Source: Lama guanicoe
Taxonomy: Eukaryota
Assembly: GCA_013239625.1 (NCBI GenBank)
Contig: MU054925.1
Coordinates: 34,451,538-34,515,537 of the forward strand
Length of the DNA: 64,000 nucleotides
Reading direction: 5' to 3'
Below the pieces are notes generated by a model. It did not search any database. It worked only from the letters and a program-made list of their open reading frames with translations, and had not been told where the DNA came from. The translations under genes were made by a program, and so were the position numbers. This document shows positions 50,870-63,991 of this stretch, one piece after another; the stretch's first letter is position 1; every line of letters starts with the position of its first letter.

Positions 50870-52010
50870 GAAGCAAGCATCAAGCGGCGGGCAGGGCAGG
50901 GCAGGGGCCCGGCCCCCCGAGGCGGCTGCGCCCAGACCCGCCAGGGTCGAGCCAGTGAGCGGCCCCGGGCTAGCGCAGCCGCAGGTAGGAGGGGGCCGAG
51001 TAGTTGAAGAGCAGGAAGTCCATCCTGTAGAGGCCGAAGAGGCGCCGCTGGTAGAAGGGGCTGATGTCGCGGAAGAGGCGCGCGGCCCGGTCGCGGGTGG
51101 CGGCCGCCCGGGCCCGGGGCGGCGGCTCGGGGAAGCGCAGGCCGGGCGCGCCCACCAGGCCCAGCACGAAGGCCGCATCCTCCGCCAGCGTCTCGAACTT
51201 GCCCACCACGTCGTAGCNNNNNNNNNNNNNNNNNNNNNNNNNNNNNNNNNNNNNNNNNNNNNNNNNNNNNNNNNNNNNNNNNNNNNNNNNNNNNNNNNNN
51301 NNNNNNNNNNNNNNNNNNNNNNNNNNNNNNNNNNNNNNNNNNNNNNNNNNNNNNNNNCCTGGGCGCGGCCGCAGGCGCCTCACGATGCTCGTGCCGAAGC
51401 GGCGCTGGAAGGCCGCGCTGTAGGGCCGCTCCAGCTTGTTGCGGTAGGCGGACGCCAGGCGCTCGAAGGGCTCGCGCACGAAGAGGAAGGCCAGGTAGGC
51501 CCGCAGGCGCCGGTTGACCTCGGCCGGGCTGAAGTCGGCCAGCGAGCGTGGGCGGCCCGGCGCGTGNNNNNNNNNNNNNNNNNNNNNNNNNNNNNNNNNN
51601 NNNNNNNNNNNNNNNNNNNNNNNNNNNNNNNNNNNNNNNNNNNNNNNNNNNNNNNNNNNNNNNNNNNNNNNNNNNNNNNNNNNNNNNNNNGGGGGGCGCG
51701 CCGCTCAGCGCCAGCAGCACGCGCTTCCAGTTGGTGCAGGCCACCTTGGGCACGTAGCAGTAGAGCAGGCCGTGCGCGTCGTCCACCAGCACGTGCCGCA
51801 GGTCCTCGGGCTGCAGCAGGCGCTGCCGGCGCGTGTGGCGGCTGCAGGTGCGGCGCAGCAGGTCGCGCCGCTGCCGGTGCACCTCGGCCAGGGCGGAGCG
51901 CGGGCCCTGTGGCGACAGGAGCCGGGTCAGGGCTGTGCTGGGGCGGCACGCGCCGGGGGCCTGGGCGTGTGTTGGGGGGGGGATCTACCCTTGCCCGGGC
52001 GCGTGGGAGG
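50870..52010. other. CpG island over the CHST13 last exon
   Basis: Dense CpG and very high G+C; the assembly gaps fall in the most GC-rich part. Confidence 0.75.
50970..51906 (-). CDS. CHST13: Carbohydrate sulfotransferase 13 (chondroitin 4-O-sulfotransferase 3), last coding exon, interrupted by two N gaps
   Basis: Minus-strand acceptor gtcgccacag|GGC. Translation [17 protein letters not shown]...[19 protein letters not shown] (5'-PSB) ...[19 protein letters not shown] (3'-PB) ...[14 protein letters not shown]...[18 protein letters not shown] gaps at 51218-51357 and 51567-51690. Confidence 0.94.
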
Positions 52011-52649
52011 GTGTGACTCATCCTGTGGTGGGCGCTCAGGGCCCCAGGGAGCCTGAGATCCAGGGTGCGACGTCAGAGTCAGCCTGGTAAAGAAATGTGA
52101 CGCCAGAGTGCTACCCGCGGTCGCCAATGGAGTGTCTGCTCACTGTTGACCGAAAGCAGGGAGGGGTATAGACAGTAGCTGTAACTGCGTTTGAATAGGG
52201 GTGAAGATGCTGCCTCTCTCAGGCTGGCAGCATGTTTTTTGTTCAGTAATACAGTGAGGTGAGTCGGTACTTAAGAGTTGACACGTACCCTTTGAGTCTT
52301 GATTTCTTTCCCACCCCCACAAATTCCACCCCCAGTGCTTGGGCAGGAAGTTTGCCCTATGGGAGCCTGGCCCACCTCTGTGAAATGATATCCAGGGTGT
52401 ACCCGGCCCTCAAGGGTCCTCCCTGGGTGCCAGGACCTTGCTGTGTAGTTTGCAGCTCTGTGTGTGAGGAGAGTGCCCCGCCCAGCACCTCCCAGCCAGC
52501 CTCAGCCACGCAGGGACTCGAGCTGCTGCCCCCAGGCTCTCCCCTCTTTCTTCAGGTCCTTTCTGCCCTAAATAGGGTCCCGGCTTCCACGACTAACCCT
52601 CCCCTCCCCACCCTTCCCCTTGGTGGCTAGTAATCTAAGCGCTCTTAGC

Positions 52650-53200
52650 TCCTCAGAAAGTAAGCATATGACCCGGCAATTCCACTCCCAGGTGTTTACC
52701 CAGGAAAACTAAAAGCGAGCATCGCACAAGAACTTGTACGTAGATGTTCATGGCAGCATTATTCACAGTGGCCAAAAAGTGCGAAGAGCCCAAATGTCCA
52801 CCAGCTGATGGATGGACTGTGGTATGTGGTCCTCCATGTGGTGGGTGTTACTCAGCCATGAAGAAGAGTGATGTTCCGACTGCCGGACTGACGGACTTTG
52901 CAAACATGCCGCTAGGTGGACTTGGCCAGGCACGGAAGGCCACACGTTGTATGATTCTGCTTGTGTGCTATGTCCAGAACAGGTCCACAGAGACCGGAAG
53001 TAGATCGCAGTTGTCAGGGCCAGGGAGAGGGGGACTGGGGAGTGGATGCTGGTGCGTGCTGCGTTCCTTCTAGGAGTGATGGAAATGTTCTGAAACCAGA
53101 TTATCGTGATGGTTGTGCAGCCTTGTAAATATGCCGAGAACCACCGAATCACACACTTTAAGAGTGACCTGTAAGGTGTGTAGTTAATCTCACTTAAGAA
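52650..53200 (+). mobile_element. L1MB-like 3' end in CHST13 intron 2
   Basis: catatgacccggcaattccactcccagg...atgttcatggcagcattattcacagtggccaaaaagtg...gtgatggttgtgcagccttgtaaat. Confidence 0.75.
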
Positions 53201-54544
53201 ACAAGACTTCAGGGTGTTTCCATGTCAGAGGAGGCCGGAGCGGCCTCTGGAACGGTGGGCCCACAAGGGCACATCTTGGGGGGTGGGGAGCATCCACGTG
53301 CAGGTGCGCGGGGGCTTCTGATGCCTTCAGACATATCCGCAGATGTGCAGATCCTTGCAGTGAAGACACTGAAGTGTAGAGCAGGATTTGACATGCCGCA
53401 CATGGGGTTGAAGAGGGCGGGGCAGGAAATAAAAATGTTTCAAGGGGGATGAGTTGTAGGAAGTCCCTCAGATCTATACCGAAATAGTCACAGAATCAAC
53501 AAGGCTGGGATTTGCTTCAGAATAATCCCAGATGGGCACGGGGGACAGGGGTCTGATGAGGCGAGACTGGACGGAAGTTGATCACCGTTCAGCCCGGGTG
53601 GGGACGCAAGGGCTCATTGTGCTGTCTTCTCTGCCTCTGTGTAGGTTGGAATTTTCCAAAATGAAAAGGTGAAATAGAGAAATGGCTGTAGATGAGGTGT
53701 GTTCAGCACTGCACACACGCCCGGACTGCGTCTGGGAGGCGCTGGGCCAGGGCGGGAGGGAGGGAGGGAGGGGCAGGTCCTCTCGGGGCGCCGAATGTCT
53801 GACCTCATGCTCCTGACTTTTTCCAGATCTCGCCGTGGGGGTGACTGCCAGGTTCAGCCATGGCTGTGGGGTGCTGAGGGCGCTCAGAGGGTCCTGTTCC
53901 CATCCTCGGAGGCACTGACTCACATGATTGGCCTCAGAAGCCAGGCTCGGCCCGGGTGCCAGGAGCAAGCTGTGTCCAGGGGCCCCACAGCCAAGGTCTG
54001 CTTTCGGCGTCCAAACAAAGCAACGTGTTTCTTGTGGCAGAGAATGTTGGCCATCCACCTGTCAGTCACCCCCTCCTGGCCAGCAGAACACTGTTGGTTA
54101 GCCTCAGGGAAGGACCAGTCACAGCAGCCTCAAACACCTGCACTAAAGTGATGAGTCCAGGTTGGGTATGTGGCCTGGTTCTGACCAAGCCAATGTAAGG
54201 GGAAGTCTGCTGGATGGCTGCCAGGAAAGACTCTCCTTCAGGACAAAAAATAAAGGCTCCTGAAGGGAAAACAAAAAACAAAAAAAACTTCCCTACCTGC
54301 TTCCTTTCTCCGTGGGATGCTGTCCCATGTGGAGATGTCTGGAGCCCTGGCAGTAACCTTGCAGCCATAAGGCAACAGGTCTCTGACAGAAGTCAACATC
54401 CAGAGGGTGATGGAGGGCAGCATGTGTCTTCTGTACCTTGGGGCTGCTAGTCTTTGAGCATTGAGAAGTGAGCAGTGACTGTCCTGATGGCTTCAATTGG
54501 CCTGTTAGCTTTTCTGTTGCTTGCAGCCCCATGAATACCAAGAC

Positions 54545-54925
54545 CCTCAATACTATTCCCATTTTACAGATGAGAAAACTGAGGCTCAGAGGAACTGCAT
54601 TGCCCGCAGCTCTCAAGTAGGGAAGCTGGAACTCCAAACTGTGTCCAGGGGCCCCACAGCCAAGGTCTTGGGACTCAGAAGCCAGGGCTGTGCCTGCCGG
54701 TCTAGGGCCGAATTCTACAGCCACAGCCCTCATCCTCGCCAGCCTGGCCGGACCCAGCTGCCTGACCCTTAGCCTGGCTCGAGTTCTTTTAGCTCTGTGA
54801 CTTTCTCAGGGCCCTTGGCCCCCCGTGCCTGCCTCCTCATCTGTAAACGGGGTAATGACGCCCCATCTTACAGCGCTGTCGTGAGGCCTGCACGCGCTGG
54901 CAGAACCCGAGAGCCTGGTGCATGG
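54545..54925. mobile_element. Two MIR fragments in opposite orientations
   Basis: cccattttacagatgagaaaactgaggctcagag (about 54558-54591) and cctcctcatctgtaaacggggtaatgac (about 54832-54859). Confidence 0.6.
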
Positions 54926-55510
54926 TCAGCACTTGGGGTCAGATTGTTCTGTTCTGTGTGAGGGCAGGGCCCAGCCGATCTGCTCACCGCGAATCCATCT
55001 GTCCTGAGCCCAGCCTGAACACAGTAGGTGCCCAATGATGCTGTCTGCATGGGTCCCGGATGTGCCTGTTGGGGTGTGTGAGCTGGGCGTGGGGCTCTCA
55101 GTGGCACAGCCATGTGCGTTGGGGGCATGTGTGGCCCTCACAGGCCCATGTGGGGCCAGCCAGGGGGCCGTGTGCCTGTGAACAGCCCACGACCAGGGAC
55201 GCCCGAACTATTTCTCGTTGCAGCAGCACTAAAACGCGTGGTGGGGGGAACTCATTTTTGCCTCTGGCTATGGTCAGCACACAGTCCACTGTCAAGTCCA
55301 CCACACGTGGAACTGCTGATGCGGAGCGTGGCCTCAGTCTGGTGGCGGGCAGGTGGGCGGCTGGAGACCCCGAGACCGCCCGCCCCCGCCTCCTCTCCCG
55401 AGATAGAGCCTGGCGGTGGCGGCAGCCCACCGCAGGTCTGCATGGGGCTCTGTGGTTCCAGGTCAGGAGGCAGAGGAGGTGCCCTGGATGGGAAGGGTGG
55501 GTCTGCCTAC

Positions 55511-55593
55511 CTGGTCCAGGTCGTAGAGCCTTTGCAGCGGACTCCTGCTCTTGCCTCCAGGCCTGCCAGCGCCCGCAGCCCCGCCTTCAAGCC
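55511..55593 (-). CDS. CHST13: CHST13 exon 2 (LEGGAAGAGRPGGKSRSPLQRLYDLDQ); exon 1 lies beyond the window end
   Basis: Minus strand cttcgcccccag| ... CAG|gtaggc, 83 nt. Ends RSPLQRLYDLDQ, like recalled human RSPLQKLYDLDQ, and joins the last exon in phase 0. Confidence 0.9.
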
Positions 55594-56369
55594 CTGGGGG
55601 CGAAGGGAGAAGGGTCGCTGGTGCTCCAGGCAGGCTGGCCACGGCCCGGGGACCCGGCCTGCTCCCCCGGGCGCGTCTGGCCCACCTCTAGGGCTCAGCT
55701 CCCCTCCGTGTCCTGCCTGCCTCTGGGGGCTGGCGGCGTGCAGGGGCACGACAGGTCCCTCCTGCCCGCGAGTATTGCCTTCCGAGGTTGGAGGGTGCCA
55801 GGCAAGAGGGGACGAGAAGGGATGGGGAAACCACAGCCCCTGGGAACGCCCGGACCACCAGCCTCACCCACCTCTGTCTGTCTTCCTCCCCGCCCCTCCC
55901 CCGCCAGCCCACGTTCATGGAGCCCTGCAGTCGCCATGCTGGCTGCTGTCAGCATCCCCAGATCCTGGCAGCCTTGGAGGGGACACGGCCAAGCTGCAGG
56001 TGTCTGGGGGTAGCTCAGGTGACCAGTCGGGTGGCCCCCACTGGTGCGTATGTCACCACTTGGTAAAGGCAGGCTTTGCTGCCCCCAGGCTGGAGGTCTC
56101 CGTCGGTAGGGACGCTGTCTTCTTGTCTCATTGCTGTGCATTCCTCAGTCTTCCTAAAACTACCAGAAACTCTGCTTTCTGAGCTTATTCTTCTACTCAA
56201 AATGTGTTTCTAAGGAATATCCTCCAACATATTTAATTAATGTGAACATAGTCTTAGTAACATAGTCAGTGTAAGTAAGGGTAGGTTCATGACCTTGTGC
56301 TTCTCAATCGTGTTCTTCTTAACTATGATTGTACTTAATAAACTAATAAAATAAAATGCAGTCTTTTAA

Positions 56370-57490
56370 AATATCACCAAAATTGGAAAATCTCTGGATA
56401 GACTGACCAAGGTAAAAAACGAATGAAGACTCAAATTACTAAAAGTGGAGGTAAAAGAGGAGATGTTAGTACTGGACCTTACAGAATATAAGAAAGGGCT
56501 GTCAGCATGTGATATGCACAGCTGTACGACAGCAAATTTAACCTATATGACATGGAAGAATTTCTAGAAAGACACAGATTGCTGAAATCTCAGTAGACAT
56601 ATGACAAGTAATGAGATGCAATTAATCATTTAAAAAAATTCCCACAAAGAAAAGCCCAGGATCAGATGGCTTCACTGGTGAACGTTACTAAATATTTAAG
56701 GAAAAATTAACACCGATCTCTTCCAAATTCTTCAAAAAACAAACCAACCAACAAAAAGAAAGAAAGGAACACTTCTCAGTTCATTATATGAGCCCAGTAT
56801 TACCTTGACACCAAAATCAAATGAAGACTGTCCCAAGGAAGGAAAGCTATATACCAATGTCTCTTACGAATATAGATGCGAAATCCTCTACAAAATACCG
56901 ATGCTGTGAGTCCATCAGCATATAAAAACGGTTGTACACCATGGCCAAGTGAGACTCATTCCAGGAAGGCAAGGATGGCTCAACATGCAAATATCAACCA
57001 AGGCAATACACCGTATTAATAGGATAAAGAAAAAGCCGTGTGATCATCAGTACGTGCAGAAAAAACTGCACAAAATCCAGTACCTTTCATGGTGAGAAAC
57101 TAAAACTGGGAGTTGACAGGAACTTCATCACACTGATCAAGGCCATCTGGGAAGAACCCACAGCTAACACACATAATGGCGTACAAATGAATGAAGACCT
57201 GCCACCTGCCACCACGTGGGTGACCTTGTACCATGGTACTGGGTGAAAAAAGCCAGTCACAAGAGCCTGGGTGGTGTTTGGCTCCACCCACACGAAGTGT
57301 CCCGAGCAGACAATTCCATAGGGACAGACAGCACATGAGTGGTCCCACGGCTCCGGGGGGCACTGCTGATGTGACGTTCTGGAATTACACAGTGGTGACA
57401 TTGCACAGCTTTTACTATGCTAAAAACCACCGAATCGTGCCCTCTGAAAAGTGAATTTTATGGAATGAGAGTATTCTCTCAGTAAAAATA
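56370..57490 (+). mobile_element. L1 ORF2 and 3'-end fragments in CHST13 intron 1
   Basis: cccacaaagaaaagcccaggatcagatggcttcactggtgaa; caaggatggctcaacatgcaaa. Confidence 0.8.
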
Positions 57491-57819
57491 AAGAAAAATA
57501 TTGATCAAAAAATAATATATCCAAGAACATTTTATGTACATTTAGTTTACAAATGTAAATATATTCAATGAGTATCAGTAAGTTGTTGAATTCGTAAGAG
57601 TATGGAACATTCATAAGAAGAATGGCTTCAGGAATTCAAGATTATATGAGAAAATAGTATATTCATAAGAAGATTGAATTTTTCCAGGATCCTTGGCTTT
57701 CAACACAATGAAGAGTCTTTAAAATGCTGCCAAGATCCAAGAGTTTTCCTTAAGACAAGTTTTTGGCAAACAAATAAACTTGGACAATTTGATGAACTGA
57801 TCTGTCGGCAACCTGACCA

Positions 57820-57985
57820 CAGGCGGTGTTGTCAAATGCTCGCGGGCCTGGGCTGTTGCAGCATAGAGAGCTGGGCCCCCACGCTGAGGTTCCGGCTCAG
57901 CAGGTCTGGAGCGGGCCCAGGAATCTGCATTTCTGACCGTCCAGCAATGTTCTGCTGGTCCGGGACACACAGAACTGCTGCGAGC
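57820..57985. mobile_element. MER5-like hAT-Charlie relic
   Basis: cagcaggtctggagcgggcccaggaatctgcatttctgac...tgctggtccgggacacac. Confidence 0.6.
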
Positions 57986-59584
57986 AAAGCCTGGTGGAGG
58001 CTGTTTGATGAATGAAACCTCCAGAGCCCTCCATGTGCACCTGACAGCCACAGTCCAGGCCGCCTCAGGGCCCTCCCACTCCAGTGTCCCCAGAACAAGG
58101 TCTGGGCTCTCCTGTGACCAAGGCACGTGGAGGAGTTAGGCCCTCAGGGCGAGCCTGTGTCATGGGGTCATCATGGTCCCAAGACGTGAACCTCTGTCTC
58201 CTGGCAGCTGGACACATCCCAGGAAAGTCGCTGGCATCAGATGAGCTGACAGAGAAGGCAGCGCGATTGGCTGGCCCCTCAGGGTACGGGGAGGCCCTAG
58301 GGGCGGGGCCCAGGTGCAGTGGCCCTGGGAGCCCCGGGCACTACCCTCACACAGCTCTGTGCACGGCCCTGGGAGGAGGGGTCCACCGTGCTGCCCTGCA
58401 GGGAGGGGATGAGCTCCCCTAGGGGACACAGCTGGGGACTGAGAAAGGGCTGGTGCCCACTGGGGTGGTAGGGGTGGAGGGTGAGCAAAGCCAGGCCGTC
58501 TCTGTCCTGGGCCCAGCACCCAGCCTTCTGGAAGCAGCAGGCCTTGTGTGGGCCTGTTTCCTGGCCAGACCACAGCCTGCAGGACACTGGGTCCCCCACC
58601 AGACCCTGGGAGCCAGTGGGTGGAGGGCCAGAGGCCCAGAATAGCTGAGGCCAGTGATTACAGGGCTGGCCACCCTGCCCAGTGCCACCCCGGCCACCGT
58701 GCAGAGCAGAACCGTGGTCCCACAGGGTGGGCAGGCTGGCTGGGCAGGGGGTCAGATGGGTCTAGCAGGGTCTGAGGGGAATGCCTCGGACTCCCTGGGT
58801 CCAGCCCTCAACCCCGCACGGATGGAGGCCAGGGCTCTGCGGGTAGGGGTCGCCCCAGCTCAGCCCCCAACTCGCCGTGCGGAGGCAGCCTGCAGCCTCC
58901 ACTCCCATGGCCCAGGCCCTCTTGCCTGCGTCTCTGCCCCCCCAGCCCCTCCACTGGCTCCAGGTCCCAGGCCCCCCTACCAGAGGCACCACGGAGCAGA
59001 CAGGCCAGGAGAGCCAGGCAGGCAGGCCTGATCTCATGGCGGGGGGTGGGGGGGGTGGGCTTGGGCCAGCCCAGAGCAGCCACAGGCAAAACCGCAGGCG
59101 GGTTCTGCTTAGAAAAGGAAACAAAAATAGCAAGAGGTTAGAGAGAGAGAAGGACAGAGCCGGGAGAGTGGCGGGAGGAAGGTGGGGCTGCTGAGGGGAG
59201 CTGAGACAGACGGACAGACAGAACTACACACACGGGCCGGGACAGCAACCGGGAGGAGAAACAGACATGCAGGGAAACAGCTGGGCATGTGAAACAGCTC
59301 ACAGCAAACCTGCTGGGCGTGGAGGGGAGGGAAGCGGAGAGGGTGAGCTGCCCACAAGTGGGGAGAGCCCGGGGCCCACGCCCACGGGGTCCCAGCCCAG
59401 GGGGCCTGTGTGAGGACCAACCCAACACCCCAGCACCCACTGCACGTGGGCTGGAAGAGCCCGGGCTGCACGGGTCTCAGTGGGGAGGTGGGGAGCTGGA
59501 CAGGAAGTACTGGGTGCGGCCAGGCCCACAGACTCAGGCCAGGGAGCACCGTGCCCATGCTTTGCTCACTGACACGCTGACTCC

Positions 59585-59645
59585 TGGTGGTAGAAACTGT
59601 TATTACTCCCATTTGACAGATGGGGAAACTGAGGCTCAAGGAGGA
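59585..59645 (-). mobile_element. MIR core fragment
   Basis: tattactcccatttgacagatggggaaactgaggctca. Confidence 0.65.
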
Positions 59646-60249
59646 GGCCTCACAGCAGGTGAGGGCCAGAAACAGGTTTGCCCCCAGGCCCTGGTGCGCG
59701 TGAGTGTGTCCTTAACTCCACTGTGCCCCTAAGCCGCGCTCTGCCCTGCACACGACCCTGCCCGTCCTTGGCACCCAGGCTGCTGGGTGACGCACCGCAC
59801 AGGGAAGCCGAGAGCAGAGAAGCCCAGCTGGTGGTCCAGGCACACCTGCCCCCAAGGACCGCTGGGGGAGCCCTGTGTGGGGCCCTGTCCAGGAGGCAGA
59901 GGTCACAACACGGTCTCTGGTTAATGAGTTCCAGCCAGGCGCATGTCGCAAGACCGCACGGCAGGAGCAGCGCTGCCCGGCCCGTTCAGTCCCCAGGATG
60001 ACCTGCGGGCCCCGGGGCAGGGATGCCCCCTCTGGTGATCGAGCAGAGCAATCCCACCTTTTCTTCTTCTCTTTTTTGAGAGAAGTAGAGATCTCTCCAC
60101 CTGTGTTTAAAATTCAGACTCTGTTCGCGATCCCCACGACCCACTGGAATGGGGCCCTGACTGGGCAGCAGTGTCCACCCCGCCCAGGACCACCACAGGA
60201 GTCTCCTCACCAGCTTCCTGGCAACCTTAAACCCACGTGGCTTGCCACA

Positions 60250-60605
60250 GGCTAACAGCAATCCCAGTTCCTTCCAGGGCCCCTCCCGGCTCGCCACCAC
60301 TTCCCTGCTCCCTCACGCAGCTCCAGCCACACTGGCCTCCCCGAGTGGGTGAACACGTGGGTGCCTGCACCTCCGGGCCTTTGCACTGACTCCGTCTGCC
60401 TGGGATGCTCCTCATTGTCCGGCTCTCAACTCAAACGTCCCTCCAGAAAGAGGGCCTCTCCAGTGAAGGGTCTCCACTCACGGCCCTCGTTACTGCTGGC
60501 ATCATCTGGTGTGTGTGTGGGCCGACATCTGGCTGTCCCTCTGGAAAGTCAGCTCTGTAAGGAGGGGGCTGTCTTCTTTTCTTACAACCCCTGTGCCTCA
60601 GCTCC
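60250..60605 (+). mobile_element. L2 3'-region fragment
   Basis: ctccagccacactggcctcc...gggcctttgcactg...tctgcctgggatgctc. Confidence 0.6.
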
Positions 60606-63600
60606 TGTGACCATTTAGTTAAGGACTGATGGCCCTTCCTGGCCATAGGGACAGCACCCCCATTCCTCGCAGGCCATTCAAGGCCGCTTATGCTGGGGCC
60701 CAACCTATAGCACCTTGCCAGCCCCCACGTGGCCATCCCTCTCATGAGCCCTGAGCTCCGCCCACACACACCCCTCAGGCCCCTTCGCTCCTCCACACTC
60801 CTCTGTGCCACTCCCTGTGCCTGTGAGTCCCTTTCCTCCCTCCCCACCTCGTAGGCTCCTGGGCAGCCTTCAAAGCCCAACCCCAGTACCCCTGGCCTGT
60901 GGAGCAGAAGGTGCAAGGGACTTGAGTCCTAGCACCCACACTCCTAGCGGGTGGCCTTGAGCGAGCCACTTCCTTCTACTGACCCGAGAGCCTTCTTCCA
61001 TCATGCGGCCTTTACTCTCTGGAGGCCAAGGAGGAGCCGCAGAGCTGGGCGCCCTCTGGCGCGCAGGAGAGCGGTGGCAGCACGCTGCTTCTCTTGCCAG
61101 GGCTTCCAGAGCCTCCTCCCTCCGTTTGGCAGCACATCCGATGTCCCTGCAGGAGCAAACCTGCTTGCTCCCTTCATGTACTTCTGATAGGTGCCCCCTT
61201 CCCACAGCTGGTGGGCAGACATGTGGCCAGGCCTGGCCAATCGGAGCCTCACGTCCCTTTCTGCCACAGCAGTTGGCTCAGAGGCGAGCACGCGTGACCA
61301 GCCCATCCCTGGGGCCCTGGCTGGAGCCATGGGTAAAGGACCCGCCCTCTGCCTGGGAAGCTGGGAGTATCAGAGAGAAGCTAGACCTGGAGCCCCTGGG
61401 TCCATCCATGCCTGAGAGCAGCTCGTTTGGGTCTGAGTCGAATGCCCTCTGGGGGCTCCCTGTCTCTGAGCCTTCCCCGCGATGAGTCCCAGGGCCCGGA
61501 CTGGGAAGGAGTCAGGGGCCCCACTGGGCAGAGCTGTGAAGGTCCCAGTTAGCACACATCGCCCGTGGACCTTAGACAGGAAGCGGGGCCCTAAGGGAAG
61601 GGGTGTGTCCCGGAGGAAGAGGAGGCCAGCAGTCCAGCCCAGAAGGGGGGGTGGGCCCCCTGGCAACAAACCCCTTACCCAACTTCCCTCCTCATACTCC
61701 CTTCCTTCCCCCAACCCTAGGGTCCCCTGGAAGTGGACAGAGGCCCAGCCTGGCTCTAAGAGAAACACCCTTGATTTCCAATAGCAGGAAAGGTGCTCAG
61801 CCCTGTGAACCGGGAAGGGGTTGGAGGTCAGAGCGGGGTGGGGGTGGGGTAGCTCCAGCACCCAGCAAGGCCCCTGCGGACCAGCAGGGGTGGGGACCCA
61901 AGGTAGCAATGTCATGGCTCTCCCTGGGTGTGCCTCTGGCAGCAGAAGGTGCACCCTGGAGATCTGGGCTTTTCATGTTAAAGCAGCAGCTCTGGGAGGG
62001 CAGTCTATCAGCACGCTCTGTCCCAGCCCAGACAGACGCTGGAACGAGCAGGTGCCGGCGAACACGTGGTGAAGGGCATCACACAGACGCGGCCACACCA
62101 CCAGGCAGGCTGCCGGGGACGCCAAGCATGGGAGGGCACGGGGATGGCGGGGTGCTGAGGGCAGCAGTGCCCTGGGCAGCTGTCCCGCCTTCCCTGGCAT
62201 CCTCCTCGACCCCAGGACCCTGCACGCTAGTCAGCTTTGGCCTGAGGGGCACCAGGTGGGCCACTCCAGACTTCCCACTAGAAGAGGGGCAGCGGAGCCC
62301 CAACCTGGAATGGCAGCCTTTCAGGGGTCCCCTGCCCATCTCAGGACCACTTCTGCTTTGGAGACCCGCCTGCCTGGACGAGGAGGCTCCCAACCATCCT
62401 GGGCCCGGAGCCCTATTCCCAGGCCAGAGGCCATAGAGCCACACTGTCCGCCCCCTTCCAACTCGGGCCACGCTGCCAAGGGCCCTACTGGGGCGTTTCC
62501 AGAGGCCTTGGTCGGAGGGGCCACGCTTCCTGCCCAGTTGTCTCCCCACCGTCTACTCTGCCTGCAGAGCCACCGTGCACAGCCTCCCTGGCCCTGGAGG
62601 TCGGGGGCTCCAGCGCAGGGCTTGGCAGGAGAAGAGCCTGCAGGGTAAGTTGGCTTGTCCGAGGTCACCCTCCTAGCTCTGGTGGCCAGCAGCAGTCCAT
62701 GGAGAAAGGTCTGAGGGTCCAGAAGGAATAGAAGAGAGCTCTGGGAGGCAGAGAGACAGCTCGTCCCTGTCTGGGGCAGTGGAAAGAGGGCTCAAGAAGG
62801 GTCCGCCACACCAGACACAGGAAGGCCAGGCTGCTGGGTGAGAGGGTCATGGCCAAGGATATTGGTGTCACAGGTGTAGCTCAGGTGGGGTACGGCCTGG
62901 GTAGAGGTTAAGCAGGTGACTGGGAGTCCCTGCAGAAGAGGGAGGAGGTCAGAAGGACTGAAGCACAGATGATGTCACCTTGGTTTGTTCCCCATCTCCC
63001 AAACCTGCTGGGGGAGGGTGTGGCAGGAGGGAGTGTCCAGGCAGGGAAGACACGGAGACACCCAACTCTCACGCGGTCCCTGAACCTGCCTACTCCTTTG
63101 CAGACACTTCCGGCGCCCACCTCACACACTGGGTCCCGACGCTCTGGGTTCGCTCTCTCCCCACACTGGGGGCTGGACCCTGGGAGCTGGGAACCACCAT
63201 GCCCTGCCGTGCCCAGGTCCTGGTCAAAATTTGTCTTTGAAAGGCTGGGTGGACAGAGTGTCGTGACCACAGACACTAGGACCACAGCCCACACTGGGCT
63301 GGGGGACCCTCTGCTCAGCTAACCCCTGCCATGAGCCAGGAGCACCAGCCCTAATGGCCAGCCAGCTCTCAAATGGGCAGAGGATGGACAGCCTGATCTG
63401 GGCCCCCTCCCATGGGCTTGGGGAGATGTCCAGGTCTGGGCGGCTGTGTCCAGACATAGAGGGGACAGTGGGAGCGGCAGGGTGACTGCGCAGAGACTCC
63501 AAAGCCCGGCTCACCTGGCCCCTAGCCCAAGGAAGGAAGCCCCTTGCCCCAGCATAGAGGGGGCACCTTGCCACCCCGGCTCCGTGAAGAGGCTGGGGAC

Positions 63601-63922
63601 TGCTCCCATTAACTCCACCTCCCAGAGCCCTGTCAGGAAATCCTGAGCAGCCCATTTATAGGTGGGGTCCTGTGGCCCCGAGAGGGCAGGGAGGGCACCC
63701 AGCAGGTAAGGCTGTGGAATGACCCTCATCCACCAACTCAGACCCAGCCAGGTGGGGCAGTGCTGCCTCGCCAGCAGCCTCCACAGCCTCGTCTCTGGGG
63801 CCGCCCGGACCCTGGGAAATGGCTACTTTTTCCTGGACCCTGTCTGCCAGGCCACAAAGAGGTGTGCTCCAGGGATTGTCAAAGAGCCCCCAGGGGGTGG
63901 GAGGAGATGCAGACCCGCAGCA

Positions 63923-63991
63923 CACACACACTCACGCACACACACACAGCCACACACACTCACGCACACACACACAGCCACACACACTCAC
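63923..63991. repeat. CA-rich 28-bp tandem repeat, about 2.5 copies
   Basis: cacacacactcacgcacacacacacagc at 63923-63950 and 63951-63978, plus a partial copy. Confidence 0.9.

Noticed and set aside
51567-51690. Apparent frameshift and length excess in the CHST13 last exon
   Set aside because: The frame change occurs across a 124-N gap where the recalled orthologue has only about 11 codons. This is a gap-size artefact, not pseudogenisation.
50955-52016. 353-aa plus-strand ORF
   Set aside because: Antisense shadow of the GC-rich CHST13 exon, inflated by N runs.
55060-56182. Overlapping 317-aa and 356-aa plus-strand ORFs antisense to CHST13 exon 2
   Set aside because: GC-rich, low-complexity translations with no recognisable domain; several frames are open at once, as expected by chance at this GC content.
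63651-63662. CArG box (CCATTTATAGG)
   Set aside because: Seven A/T bases between CC and GG rather than six.
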